This document shows, one piece after another, positions 11,628-24,100 of a DNA stretch of 64,000 nucleotides. The DNA is from Dicyema japonicum. Lineage: Eukaryota > Animalia > Dicyemida. The position numbers and the translations under genes were made by a program. Every line of letters starts with the position of its first letter. Position 1 is the first letter of the stretch. The notes below the pieces were generated by a model that was not told the origin of the DNA, did not search any database, and saw only the letters and a program-made list of their open reading frames with translations. The stretch is from contig RDEW01000054.1 in the NCBI GenBank assembly GCA_011109175.1, positions 221,885 through 285,884 of the forward strand. The letters are read 5' to 3'.

Positions 11628-14600
11628 TCATATAATATTGCTAATTTGATTCAATTTAGCCTGAAGTTCTTCAAGTCTGACTTTTTTATCAAGTTCTTCT
11701 TGTTTCTTTTCTATTATATCATCGTCCTATAAAATAGTATAAATAAAATATAAAAACATATGTCATGATTCCCATTCCTATTAGTTGAGAGACTTTATCA
11801 AATTTATTTGACGAAGAATTAATCTAATATGAATATAAAAAATAACATGGTTGAAAAAATTATCTTTAGCATCTCGTATATCTCTATTTTCAATGGATAT
11901 CTGATTGTGAAAACTAAATATCAATAAGGATTACTGTTTATCAGGTACACAAAAAGGACACAGAGATTCAACGTTAGAATGACTTTCATAACAACTAAAT
12001 GTTTTTTTTAATATTTAAAACTTTCTATGAAATGAATGTTGGCAAAAAAAATGAATCGATGGAAGCGTCAACGTAGTACCACAGACTGAACAACTCAATG
12101 TCATAAAAACATGAACCCTATAATAGTTTACTCGTTAATAATAAAACATATATGTAAATAGAGAAAATACCCGGATTTAATATTTTCTATCTTCTTTTTG
12201 GTAGAATCAATGTTTGATTTCAATGATAAAATATCATTTTCATGTTTCTCAATAAAATTTTGGCGTTTCTGATGGCATTCAATAATATAATTCTATTAAA
12301 AATATGATAATAGAAACTTTAACATCGCCAAATTTTACATCTTTGATTTGTAATAGAATTTGAATTACTTGTAATTCAGAAATAAAAGGATTGTCTCCTA
12401 TTAACTCTAGTATATTAGCGATGTGGTAATTATTGAATGATGCTTTTGTTAAAAGAAATGGAATCGCTATATTCCATAATTGAGGGAATTCATTTCTAAC
12501 ACGTTATAAACTAAAAAACCCATATTCTTTGCAGCAATTTATAACATTATTGATGTCATTCTCTTTAATATAATATTGCAGAACCTGATGATATCTCAAA
12601 TATAAAATAATAAAATACAATGATTTCGTTTTATATGAAAACAGAATTCCTTCAGTAAAGCAATATTGTTGGCATAAAGAAAGCATTTGATCAAAAAAAA
12701 ATTTAAGTCCTTAATTCAAGAAATAAAATACAGTTATTGTTTGAAGCATTTCCATCAATGTTTTTCTTATATTACTAATTTTCTCCTATGATTATAAAAT
12801 AAATCAAAATTACCAAAGAGGATGAATTAGAATTAATAAATTTATCATACTGAATCAAAGTAAACTCAAGAATTCTAAGACGTACATAATTATGTACTTC
12901 AGTAGAACTCTGCAAGTATAAAATTATTTAATAATCAACTTCAGATATATGATTCAAAAAATCTATAGTCATTTTAGTCGAAAAAGATCTCATGATATTT
13001 ATAGTATGGTCGACAAAATCTTTCCATTCAAAATTATATTCTGAAGCTAATATACTTAGAACAAAAACAAACTTAGTAAGGAATCCCATAGATTAGACAT
13101 TAAATGATTAAACTGTTTGATGGAATTCATTGCTAAGTCATCCGAACAAGTATAAACAATATTCAATGCTTCCATTGGATCAATTAATAATAAATAATCA
13201 ATGACTTCATTGTAATTATGCAAATCTTCAAGTTGAATAGATATCCAATTCTCATGCAAGTTATGAGATTTCGCCAAATCGAGAGCATATTTAAAAAATT
13301 TAACTTGGCGACAAACATCAATTGCAATTGTTACATCAAAATCGTTGATTCCACTTAGCAGCTAAATAAAAGCATGTATTTTAAAATTACGTTTATAAAT
13401 TCATTAATTTTTACGGGATTCTTTATACGAGCATGACAATTAAATAAAAGTGTTGTATGATCACGTGTAGCCAACTTTCGCCGATGTAACTCAAGTAAAT
13501 ATTCCGACAAATTTTCCACATTTTTGGCATCAAGATACTTTTATAAAATATTTTAATTTAACTTTTCTAATTACATAAGAAGGCTCAAGAGTCCCAATGG
13601 TAGTTATATATCGTTGAATGGCATCCTTCATATTTCCCTTTCTATTGTCAATCAAAACAAAAATTTACTCATATAAAAAATCTCCACATTTCTGAACAAT
13701 TTTTACAAGTTCGTGATGAGGCAAATCAGAATTCTTTGCTAATCTAGAGATTATGATATATCAAATGTAAAAACCTAACAGCAGTATCATAATACTGTCG
13801 ATCAAGAAGAATGTCAAACTTATCTTTCAAACTTTTTTCGGTAAGAAGAATAACCTGAAAAAAATAATGTTAAATACCTCTCCATTTCCAAGAATCAAAC
13901 AAAATGCGCCAAACTCATCGACAACTCCAACGAACGATGAAATAGAATCAGAATAAGCAACAAGTTCATTACGAATATCATAAATTGCGATGTTAATTTT
14001 TTTAGATAAAAGTTTGCTATCATTTGGACGAGAAGTGCTAAATAATATTAAAAGTATACTCGTTAATTATTTTGAATTTTTATCGCGCCACAAAGTAATA
14101 ATAAATCCTTTGGAATAAAAAATCCGTTTAATGTTTCCAAAACATGGTATTGACTCTGCCTTAACATCATCATAGCAGTAAGTAATCATCTAATAAGATA
14201 TCAAACCCAAAATTACATTTCTTAAAGCCACAAAAAATCGTTTATTAACCAAATAATTTCCCATAGTCAAGCAACCATAACTGCATCCAAAAGAATCGTC
14301 TATCATATTCTAAATATTTCATAATTGATATAGTACTTTATAACATTTCTGTTCTTTAAAATTCCAATAAATCGAAAAAACAGAATTATCAGTGGTGACA
14401 AAAACTACCACCACACCATCCTTGTATTTTATTTTTAGTCCCGTTATAGGAACATTTTCTTTGCATATAGTTTGAATATTTGACTTTCTTGATAAATTTT
14501 AATGGTAATTTACTTTACTCTTGTAATATCATTATATATCATTTCAATTCTACCAGAAGAAAAACCACATACTATTGTAGAACCTGTTTCGTTTACATCA

Positions 14601-15126
14601 ATAGTTGTAATCTAATCAATTTTATTAATTAAAAATTTACCGTTCCAATATCCTTACTAATATCCAAATGTTGAAGCTTACAACAAAAAGGATTCCCAGA
14701 TTTATCAATCTAAATTCATTTTCAGAACTTAAACTTTGTCAAAATTCCAAACTTTCAAAGTAATTTCAGTAATAATTGAATCAGACTAAAATTAAATATA
14801 ATAAAAGACCCCAAAAGAAATGAGCAAATTACGATCCTTAAATTGATATAAATGTGTAAGGCATTGTGAAAATAATCGAAATTTCTTTATATCAAATTCA
14901 TTGGATAAAGACATAGCCGATCCATTTTCTTGACCAATAATTATTTTGTTATATCCACTGGTGCAAAGATGTATTCCCTAATAAATTTAAGTAAAGTTCA
15001 ATTACCTTGTTGAAGTTTGAAAATTCGATTTCAAGTGGTATTTTTTTGATTACTGAATTGAAAAAATTAAATTGTATCCACTTCTAAAATATAATTAAAA
15101 TATAACACAACCTCCCCTGAATACAT
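11628..15126 (-). CDS. VPS11: Vacuolar protein sorting 11 homolog, many short introns
   Basis: N-terminal KWIQFNFF; ELVKIVQKCGDFLY..KGNMKDAIQRYITTIGTLEPSYVIRK..LDAK; C-terminal RING CSVCGTTLTLPSIHFFCQHSFHRK.C..CPFC; ATG 15126, TGA 11628. Confidence 0.92.
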
Positions 15127-15155
15127 AATTATTTTAATTTTTAAATTAATATTAA

Positions 15156-18085
15156 TTATTTTAATTCAGACTCTAATTATTTTAATTCAGACTCTTTATG
15201 CCTGGATGGTATACCTCAACTGGAAACTCGAGATGTTGTTTGTTCCCCTGGATTCTATTGCTTTCTGGAGATATTGAACAAAACCCCGGACCAAAACCCC
15301 TTGTTATTATGCAACTCAATGCTAACGGAATAAAAACAAAGATTCTGGAGTTACGATCTTTATTAACGAAGCACAAGATTGACATCTGCCTTATCCAGGA
15401 GTCAAAACTTTCTACAAAGAGTCAACCCCATTTTTTCCTGGATACATCTCTATCAGAAAAGACCGCATTGGACGTGGTGGCGGCTTACTCACAATTATCA
15501 GAAACGGTCTATCCTTCCACGATGTAAGCATGCAAGTGGATGATTTAATTCTACACGACAAGACCGCGGAACAAATTTCTATTGATCTTATTAATGGGTC
15601 AGAACATCTTATTCTAATCAACATTTACATTCCACCGCCGGGATCCTGTCCTAATAACTATGTTCCGAAGCTCGACAAACTACAAGAAATTCGAAATGTG
15701 TTACTATGTGGGGATTTCAACGCCAAACATCCGCAATGGCTTAGTACCCAGTCGGCAGACAAGAGGGGGAGTCTAATTATCGACTCTCTCGAAAAAATGG
15801 TGATTCTGAATCACCCGAATGTGTTCACAAGGACACCTATCCGAAGAAATGACAACCCAACCTCCCCCGACATATCCATTGCTTCCTCTAGGATTGCCCC
15901 GAAGATTTCATGGAACGTCTCCTACGATTTTCATAGTGATCATAATCCGATTATATTAAAACTGAGCCGATTCAATAACTCGCGTAGAATTAAAGCAACC
16001 TTCAAGGTCTACAAGAAAGCTGACTGGTCGAATTTCAAGCTCTTCATTGACAATAACCTAATACACTTTGATCCCACCTCATTTTGCTCATTTTGCTCCA
16101 TCGACAAAGCAGTGGACCATCTAAACCATGTAATCCTTCAAGCTGAAAAGTTGTTTGTTCCACGTGCAGTTTATAAATCCTACAAGCCTACTCTGGACTC
16201 GGAGACTCGTCTCCTCATCAAACAAAGAAACTCCCTGAAGATGAATCATCTGCAAACCTCTTCTGATTTGCAAAATATAAAATGCTTAAATCAGAGAATT
16301 ACAAAGCTCATCAGAGAAAAGAAAGATAGGGCGTGGAAGCGCCTATTATCATCTATTGGACATATGAAATCCACGAGTCTTTTATGGAAAACTATTCGTC
16401 GAATCAAGCTAAACTTATCAGATGAATCAGAATCTTTTTCTGCTCCAAATACTGTGCAAGCTAACAACCTAATGAAATATTACGCATCCATAAGCCACAA
16501 GGACTTCTCGAAATCCCATTCTTGTCACTTTCGGAATTTAGTGCCTAAACCAACTTCATGGATCAATCTGTTTACGCATGCCGAGGTCACACAGGCTATA
16601 AGATCGATGAAGACATCTTTTACGTGTGGACCTGACGGCATCCCGGGAATTTTGTTAAAACACCTTGGTAATGTTGCAATCAATTCAATTACGTCAATTT
16701 TTAATTTGTCTTCTAACATGAACGTCATCCCATGCAAATGGAAAAACTCACTAATAATACCGATCCTTAAACCAGGAAAACCGAAAACCTTACCTTCTTC
16801 CTACCGTCCAATTTCATTAACGTGCGCATTATCGCGCCTAATGGAGAAACTCGTACTCTGGAAAATTAAACCCCATTTGCCCGACTGCCACTTTCAACAT
16901 GGTTTCAAATGTGAGCGTTCAACTACGACACATTTGACTTCACTGTCTCAATTTATATCAGAAGGGTTCAACGTACCGAAACGCCATCTACGGACAATAA
17001 TGGTTTCCCTGGATATCCAGAAGGCGTTCGATTCTGTCTCGAGAATATTACTCACGAAGAAGGTTTTTGACACCACCATTCAGACGGATTTGAAAAGATG
17101 GATAGCCAATTTTCTCTCCGGAAGAAGAGGACGTGTCTGTATAGGCCACGCAAGATCGAGGTCCCGTCTCCTACCAAATGGCGTCCCTCAAGGATCGCCC
17201 CTCTCTCCGGCATTATTCAACTTGTTCCTCAACGATTTACCCTGCCCTGGAGGACCAGATTCAATGCTTCTCACTTATGCTGACGACCTAATCATCGCTA
17301 GCAGGAACAAATACGTGGGTACAGCAAAATCAGAGCTTCAGTCACATATTGACGACCTGGGAGCCTGGTTGAAGTTGAATCGTCTCTCCGTATCCAGGGA
17401 CAAATCAACATATACAATCTTTCACCACGGACAGAAAAGAAAAACATACACTTGATTTGAACATTTTTGGAGACTCCTTACCACTACAGACTCGTCCAAC
17501 TATCCTGGGAGTGACATTTGACCCTTTGATGTCATTTTCTCAACATGTGAAGAACGTTATGACAAAGGGTCTCAGGAAACTTAATATATCAAACCGCTCT
17601 TGAAGTCCAAACCTTCACAGGAATGCGCCCTCGTCGTGTTCAATCAACTCCTAAAACCGACGATTGAGTACGCCTGTGCCTCATGGGCCTATGGAGCTTC
17701 GATATCAAATTCACTCAAGATCAATACCCTAATTGGAAAACTAGCACGTCAAACAAATCTACCCCCGATCTTTTCCCTCCAATGCTTGACCACGCCGCAA
17801 TCAAAACTAATGGCTCCGGCTTCATCTGTCTGTGTGGCCAAGAAACAAGTCGTTTCTTCCATTCAAGGCTGAAGGCTTCAAATACACGAAATTTGGGGAA
17901 AAACCCCACTCCTCTTCAAACCCTAATGAAAGATGATCGTCGTTTATTCAGGAAAGCCGTGGGTACTCTGGAGGAACACAGGAAAAACCTCTCGATCCTG
18001 TTGAGGCGTACCGGGATCACTTAATTAGTTGGATTACTCCTTCTTTCTTGGTGTTCCCTTTTCGGGGTTATTAAATAATAATAAA
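15156..18085 (+). mobile_element. Near full-length Ingi/Vingi-like LINE (leader-2A-APE-RT, no RNase H)
   Basis: ORFs 15198-15527, 15530-17455 and 17600-18024 joined by ~4 single-base frameshifts; GDFNAKH, SDHNPI, GVPQGSPLSP, YADD; ends RTGIT*; 14-bp TSD TAAATTAATATTAA (15142-15155, 18086-18099). Confidence 0.93.
15267..15293 (+). other. 2A/StopGo ribosomal skipping motif GDIEQNPGP
   Basis: ILLLSGDIEQNPG^P matches D(V/I)ExNPGP, in frame with the APE start (IMQLNANGI). Confidence 0.92.
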
Positions 18086-18164
18086 TAAATTAATATTAAA
18101 GAATTAAAGAAATTAAATATTTTATTAAACGTGAAAAAACAATTTATTACGAAACAAAACAATC

Positions 18165-18810
18165 AAAATAATCCAGCTGATAGAATGGAATGGATGTTTC
18201 TCCTGATAACTGGCAGAGAAATCCTTTGAACAACCATTCGGTTTCCAGACGCTCATTGCTAACTTTCGAAATCATTGACCCAAGCGATCTTAGTAAAGAG
18301 ACCGTTTTGGGCCCGAAGACTCTGCTCTTCTCGACAACAATGAGCTGAACATGGAATCTTGTGTATAGGCTGTTGTATTTTTATCTTGAAATTCTCGAAA
18401 GTACGAGCAGCCACCCCTGAACCAGCAAGCCTCGATGGGAAAAGGTATCGGTACAGGCTCTATCCCAAATCAAGTATTTCCCTCGAGAAAATAGGAAGAC
18501 ATTTACCCCGTTTGGGTTCTTTCCATCTCCACGATCAGGCCCATCAGTTCCAGAGATGACACGAATCTAGCCGCCTCAAGATTGCGCTTCACAACCCTGT
18601 AGATGGCAGCATGCTTCGGGAACCGGCCTCTACTCTGGCGGTAAGAGAGCGGGTGAAATTCTTTGCAGTCCACAACAGATCCACAACGGCATGGATGAGG
18701 CTAGCAAAGGTCAATTCCGAGACGGATAGAAATCCCACTTCGGAGGGCGTCTTGTTCAAGAAGGGACGATGATGGGAACGTGTTCAGTCAAGCACCGCTG
18801 TAAGGGAATC
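18165..18810 (-). mobile_element. CRE-like non-LTR retrotransposon 3' fragment (zinc knuckle plus restriction-like endonuclease)
   Basis: Broken translation LNTFPSSS..PHPCRCGSVVD..HPLS..GRFPKH..DRGDGKNPNG..LIWD..CTDTF..RISL.VIRRN. Confidence 0.75.
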
Positions 18811-19099
18811 CATACACTATCGAAATATCTACAATCATACAGAAATTTTGAGCCGATGCCATGTCCGATGAGAAGAGCTGTTAAGGAGCCTCGTCCTCTC
18901 CCTATTAATTTACTCAATTTTTATTCATTCCAAGATGAGCCTGGTTATGTAGTGCTGAGGTTAAAACTTCCATCTCATTGTCATTGTCCATACAAATGAC
19001 AAGCTAGTGATTTCCATTCGAATCTGTAAGATACATTTTGTCGTTGATCATCATGAAGTTTTTTGATTTTTTGTAAAAGACGAAATTTATTATGCTTTT

Positions 19100-19655
19100 T
19101 GATTGAGAAGGAAAACAGTCACCTTGAAGTTAAACAAGGTCGGCATCCCTTTCAACAGATGTCAAAGGATCTTGGGTGTGACAATTGATATGCATCTGTC
19201 TGACACCACACGTAGAGAACATTCTATTGAAATGTGAAAAACTGAACGTATTGAAAAGTTTATCAGGAATATGGAAGAGTGGTACTCATCCAGTCTTGAT
19301 GAACGTGTACAAACAGTACATCGAGCCATGTTTCTCATATGCATGCGCCTCGTGGGGACCGTCCATATCTTGGACAAATATGATGAAAACTGAGGAAATG
19401 CAAAAGAAGGCTTACAGAGTAGCGGAGCGTTGGATTTGTGAAGATCACCGAACCGGACCTACGCCTCTGGAGGCCCTTATGAGACTAGACTCCAGATCAC
19501 AGGAAGGTGGCCCTGAAAATTCAGGCAGCCGTCCTGTACGTTCATGCGCGGGTACGAAAAAGAACACCGGGCAAAGATGAGGTCTCTGTGAGAATGCATC
19601 GGGATCACGTAATAATTGGTTTGGTTTTACCGGGGTCTTGGGTAATATAAAAAAA
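19100..19655 (+). mobile_element. Ingi/Vingi-like 3' fragment, close relative of 9331-9800
   Basis: Nearly identical to the reverse complement of 9331-9800 (YKQYIEPCFSYACASWGP); stem and tail at 19600-19655. Confidence 0.9.
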
Positions 19656-19980
19656 TGCAGTTATGTTATTCCCGAATGAAACAACTAGGACTTAAATTAA
19701 AAAAATTTAAAGAGTATAATGATTTAACATAATTAATATCTCGCTTTATGCAGATTTCGTGTTTTTATACTTTATTTAATACGAGCAGTAGATTGAAAAA
19801 TAGGATATGAATAGTCGCCAGTTAACCCCTTTAAAAGTATGTAGCAATATTTGGGTAAATAAATAATTCGATTTAATTAATCAACCCTGATAACACCTAC
19901 AAACAAAGTATTAGTTAGCAACTGATCGAACACACCAAGTAGTGTGAGCCAGTACCCAGTAGAAGATTGCATAGATAAAT

Positions 19981-21110
19981 TATTTATTTTTTTTACCCCA
20001 AGATCACCGGATTAGAAAAAGTTAAAAGTTAACTACTAACTAAGTGATCCCGGTTCTCCGGGTTCTGGCTCTCGTTCTGGGTCCTCGAAGATCCAACAGA
20101 ATTGGTAAAAACGGGGACAGTCTCATTCTCCATAGATTCCCCGCATTTTCTAGATAGTCGAGTATAAAGAGTAAAAGCGGACAGCCGGTTTTCATTGCCC
20201 ACTGTAGAAATGACTTCACTCTCCACCTTAGATGTTCTTTAACATTCAATACATTATCCATAGTTTTCTTATTAATTATTTTCAAGGCAGCAAGTTGTGC
20301 GGCTTCTAATTTTTGAGACGACGATTCAGAAATCATCGAGCTCCAGGAAGGATATGCGAAATCGATTACTGGCAGTATGTATTGTCTGTAAATTTTCTGT
20401 AGTAAGAAGGTGTTGCGCCCGATTGGTGATCAGGACAAAATTTTCAATATGTTGGTCCTCCTTTTGACTTAGTTAGTAACTTCATTGACGTGTTGGCCGA
20501 ATGTTAGGAGAGTATCCAACTTTAATCCTAGTACTGTTGGAGACTTATTCATAGGAATTTCATATCCAAACAATTTGATTTTGGGAAAGTATAATGATCT
20601 TCTATATGTAGAGAAAATTGTTATAAATGACTTTCCTGTAGAAATTTCCAGTCGATTTGATATGAGCCAATGTTCTAACATACCAATATAACTTTGAAGT
20701 TTTATCCTTGCCTTTTCATAGTTAGAGTCTCTCGTCGCAAGAACAATGTCATCTGCGTATGAGAGCATCAATGTATCGGGATCATCATTGGTGAAAAGGT
20801 TATTGGTGTACAAGTTGAAGAGAAGGGGAGAGAGAGGTGAACCTTGAGAGACATTATTTGGCAATAAACGGGATTTAGATTTTCTGTTGTCTGACATCAC
20901 TTTTCCTCTTTTTTCATTTAGAAAATTCGACAGCCATCTTTTAATGTTTGGATTTATAAGAGTGTCAGAAATTTTCTCTATAAGTAGCGTCCGGGACACT
21001 GAGTCGAATGATTTCTTTAAGTCTATTGAAGCCATTATGGTCCTTTTAGGAGAATCTATCAAATATATATTGAGTTAATTTTGTTAAGTGAGTCGAGTAG
21101 AATGAATCAA
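19981..21110 (-). mobile_element. 5'-truncated Ingi/Vingi-like LINE
   Basis: ORF 20469-21062 (SQGSPLSP, SYADD); ends RRTGIT*; stem 20053-19998 and A/TAAA tail. Confidence 0.9.
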
Positions 21111-21134
21111 ACTCTATAACATTCTTAGCTTCAT

Positions 21135-24100
21135 CGGATTATATGTTATGTTGTCCAATTAAGTCGTGTCCGACCCTTGGAGATCTCATGAACGAGTTTC
21201 CTCCACTCTCCCCGATCCGTTGCAATTTGGAGTAGCTTGATATAGGCATTCCCGTGACGTCTTCCACCGTGGATAGCTACCAAGTCCTCGGTCGACCAGG
21301 TCTTCTCTTCCCAGTAATATTGCTCAGCATAATGGTTCTTTCCAAGGAGTCAGAGAGGACAACATGCTCAAAGAACGCCAATATGTGTTTTACGATTCTT
21401 CTTTCTAGCGAAATGTCAGTCTCCATCCGTTTGAGTACATCGGTGTTTGTTATTTTGGAAGTCCAAGGGATTCATTTAGCACCACAGTTCAAAAGCATCA
21501 ATTTTTCGTCTATCCGCCTTTTTCAGTATCCATGATTCTGCGCCATATAGAAAAACTGCGAACACGATTGTATTAACCAGTCTGCATTTGGTCCTTAAGC
21601 AAATATCTTTGCTTTTCCAAATTCTATTCATTCTCTGGAAGGCGTCCCGTCCCATGGCAATTCGCCTCTTGATTTCCAAGCCTCCGTCACCATTCCGGTT
21701 AATTAGACATCCCAGAAAGACAGCATTAACGCAACTCTCTATTTTCTCATTCCCAATTTTTAGTTCCATTATTCCATTATTAGCAGTAGTCATAATTTTG
21801 GTCTTCTTGATATTTAGCAATAAACCGAAGACGGCGCTCTCTTCTCTGAATCTTAGAATCAACTCCCTGAGGCCATCCTCTGTTTCAGCCAGCAAGGTTG
21901 TATCGTCAGCATATCGCAAATTATTGATATTCCTGCCTCCAATTTTAATCCCGTTATTTGATGCAGTATCCAATTTAGTCATGATTATTTCAGCATAAAT
22001 ATTGAATATGATGGGAGATAATAAGCATCCTTGTCTTACTCCTTTACCAATTTTGAACCAATCGGTATCTCGATACACTGTTCTAACAATAGCTTCTTGA
22101 TCCTTATAAAGAGATGTGATAAGCAATATCAGATGGGCATCGAATCCAAATACTTTTAAAGCGGACCACAGCTTGTCATGTATAACGGAATCAAAAGCTT
22201 TCCAATAGCCAATGAAGCACATGTATACATTCTTTTGGGATTCATGAGCTTTCTCCATAATTCACCGGATATTTGCTATATGGTCACGTGTGCCTCGTCC
22301 CTTCCTGAATCCTGCTTGGACATCCGATAGAATCATTTCGGCATTTGGCATCAGACGATGTTGTACTATCTTTAGAAGTGTTTTGCTGACGTGAGGAATT
22401 AAGGCTATTGTACGATAGTTTGAATAGTCCTTGCGATCCTTATTTTTCGGTATTGGAATAAATATAGATCTTTTTCACTCGCGTGGCCAAATACCAGTTT
22501 CCCAAATTTTTTGACATAGACTGGTGATAGCTGTCACGGTATAGCCTTCAACAATTCGCTTGAGATGTTGTCAATCCCTGGACCTTGTTCCCCGTTAATT
22601 GCCGTGTAGCCCACACCCATTCCTCCTCAAGGATTTTATGCCTCTAACCCAACGTTGCTTCTTCAACATTTATGGGTGGGCACACAGTTTCTGAATGTAG
22701 CCGTTCCGTAAATTCTCTCCAACGATTTCAGATGTTCTGTTGGCTTAGCAATTCTACACCATCCTTGTCCTTGATTTTGCCCATCATTTTCGTAAAGGGG
22801 TTTCGTAATCTTTTTAGTTGTAAATACGCATTCCTAGTGTGACCTCTCTTATAGTCATCTTCCATTTTTTTGCAGCGTAACCTCCAGTAGTCTTCTTTAT
22901 CTTTCCTGGCTGCCTTTTTGAATTCAGAGTTAAGTTTTCTTGTCTCGTCTATATTCCCAGAGACTTTAGCAGCTTTATGAGCCTCAGCAATGTTTAGGGT
23001 GTTGGCAGAGAGCCACTCAGAGCACTTGGCCGGCGTTTTATATTTGACATATTTTATTGCAGTGTTCCTGATAACCAATTGCATATTATTCCAAAATTCA
23101 TCAGGCATCCTTCCGTTCAAATCCAGTAATCCAATATTGTGCTTAACTTCCATTGCGTATACTGGTGCTTTTGGTTGAGGTGGTGACGTCCCTCTATAGC
23201 ACATATGTCTAATACGTATTTGAATAATCCTTTCTGGTTTTCTACCCTTACCTTCAATGCCAGGGGCCTTAATGACTGGTCGAAGAGGCACCAACTATGT
23301 CTGGACCTTGCAAAATATGGATGCTCTGTTTGCTGTCTCCAAGAGACGAAGCTCAGAAAAGGACTCGATGAAAACCTTGGAGACTACAGACTAATCCTCC
23401 TTCCATCGTACTGTAAACACTATGGACAGGGTTTCGCTGTTCACAAGAATTTGCTCCCCAGATTACATCGATATTGGAAAATTGATGACAGGATATGTGT
23501 TATTCAATTTCTTATTGGACCCAAAGGGAAGTCCAGGCAACTAATTTCCATTGTGAACGTGTACGCCCCACATAGTGGCCGTGTTTCCAAAAACCCAGAG
23601 GAATTGGACGTTTTCTACGAAGAACTTGTCGAGGTCGTATCTTCTCTGAAGTTTTCATCGTTCCTCTTTATCGCTGGTGATTGGAATGCTAAAGCTGGGG
23701 TACATCAAGGACACGAACGTTTTATTGGACCACATGGAAGGGGGATCAGGAACTATTCTGGTACTGCTCTGGCATATTTCTGCGAATCCTTTGATTTATT
23801 CCTGTGCAATACTCAATTCCAACATTCCGCACGCCACAAGACAACGTGGATGGGCACTAGACTATCGACCACCGGAAATCTGATAAGGATTTATAATCAG
23901 ATCGATTATATTCTGTGTCGAGTAAAAGACAAATCTCTCTTACGGGACTCGAGATCTTATGGAGGACTAACTGTTAACAGTGATCACAAAATTGTGTCAG
24001 CAAGATTCAGCTTAAGACTTGGTCCAACTGCGGAGGAGTTCCTCTACGGGATAACTAATAGAAGATGCTTCTTCCAAACACATCGTGGTGGAGATTCCAC

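Noticed and set aside
21588-21998. Antisense ORFs over RT regions (also 24452-24847, 16525-16737)
   Set aside because: Shadows of coding sequence on the opposite strand with no independent motifs.
22728-23294. Single 188-aa protein
   Set aside because: Chimeric ORF across the insertion junction: antisense of the RTE 5' end fused to BovB-like sequence.
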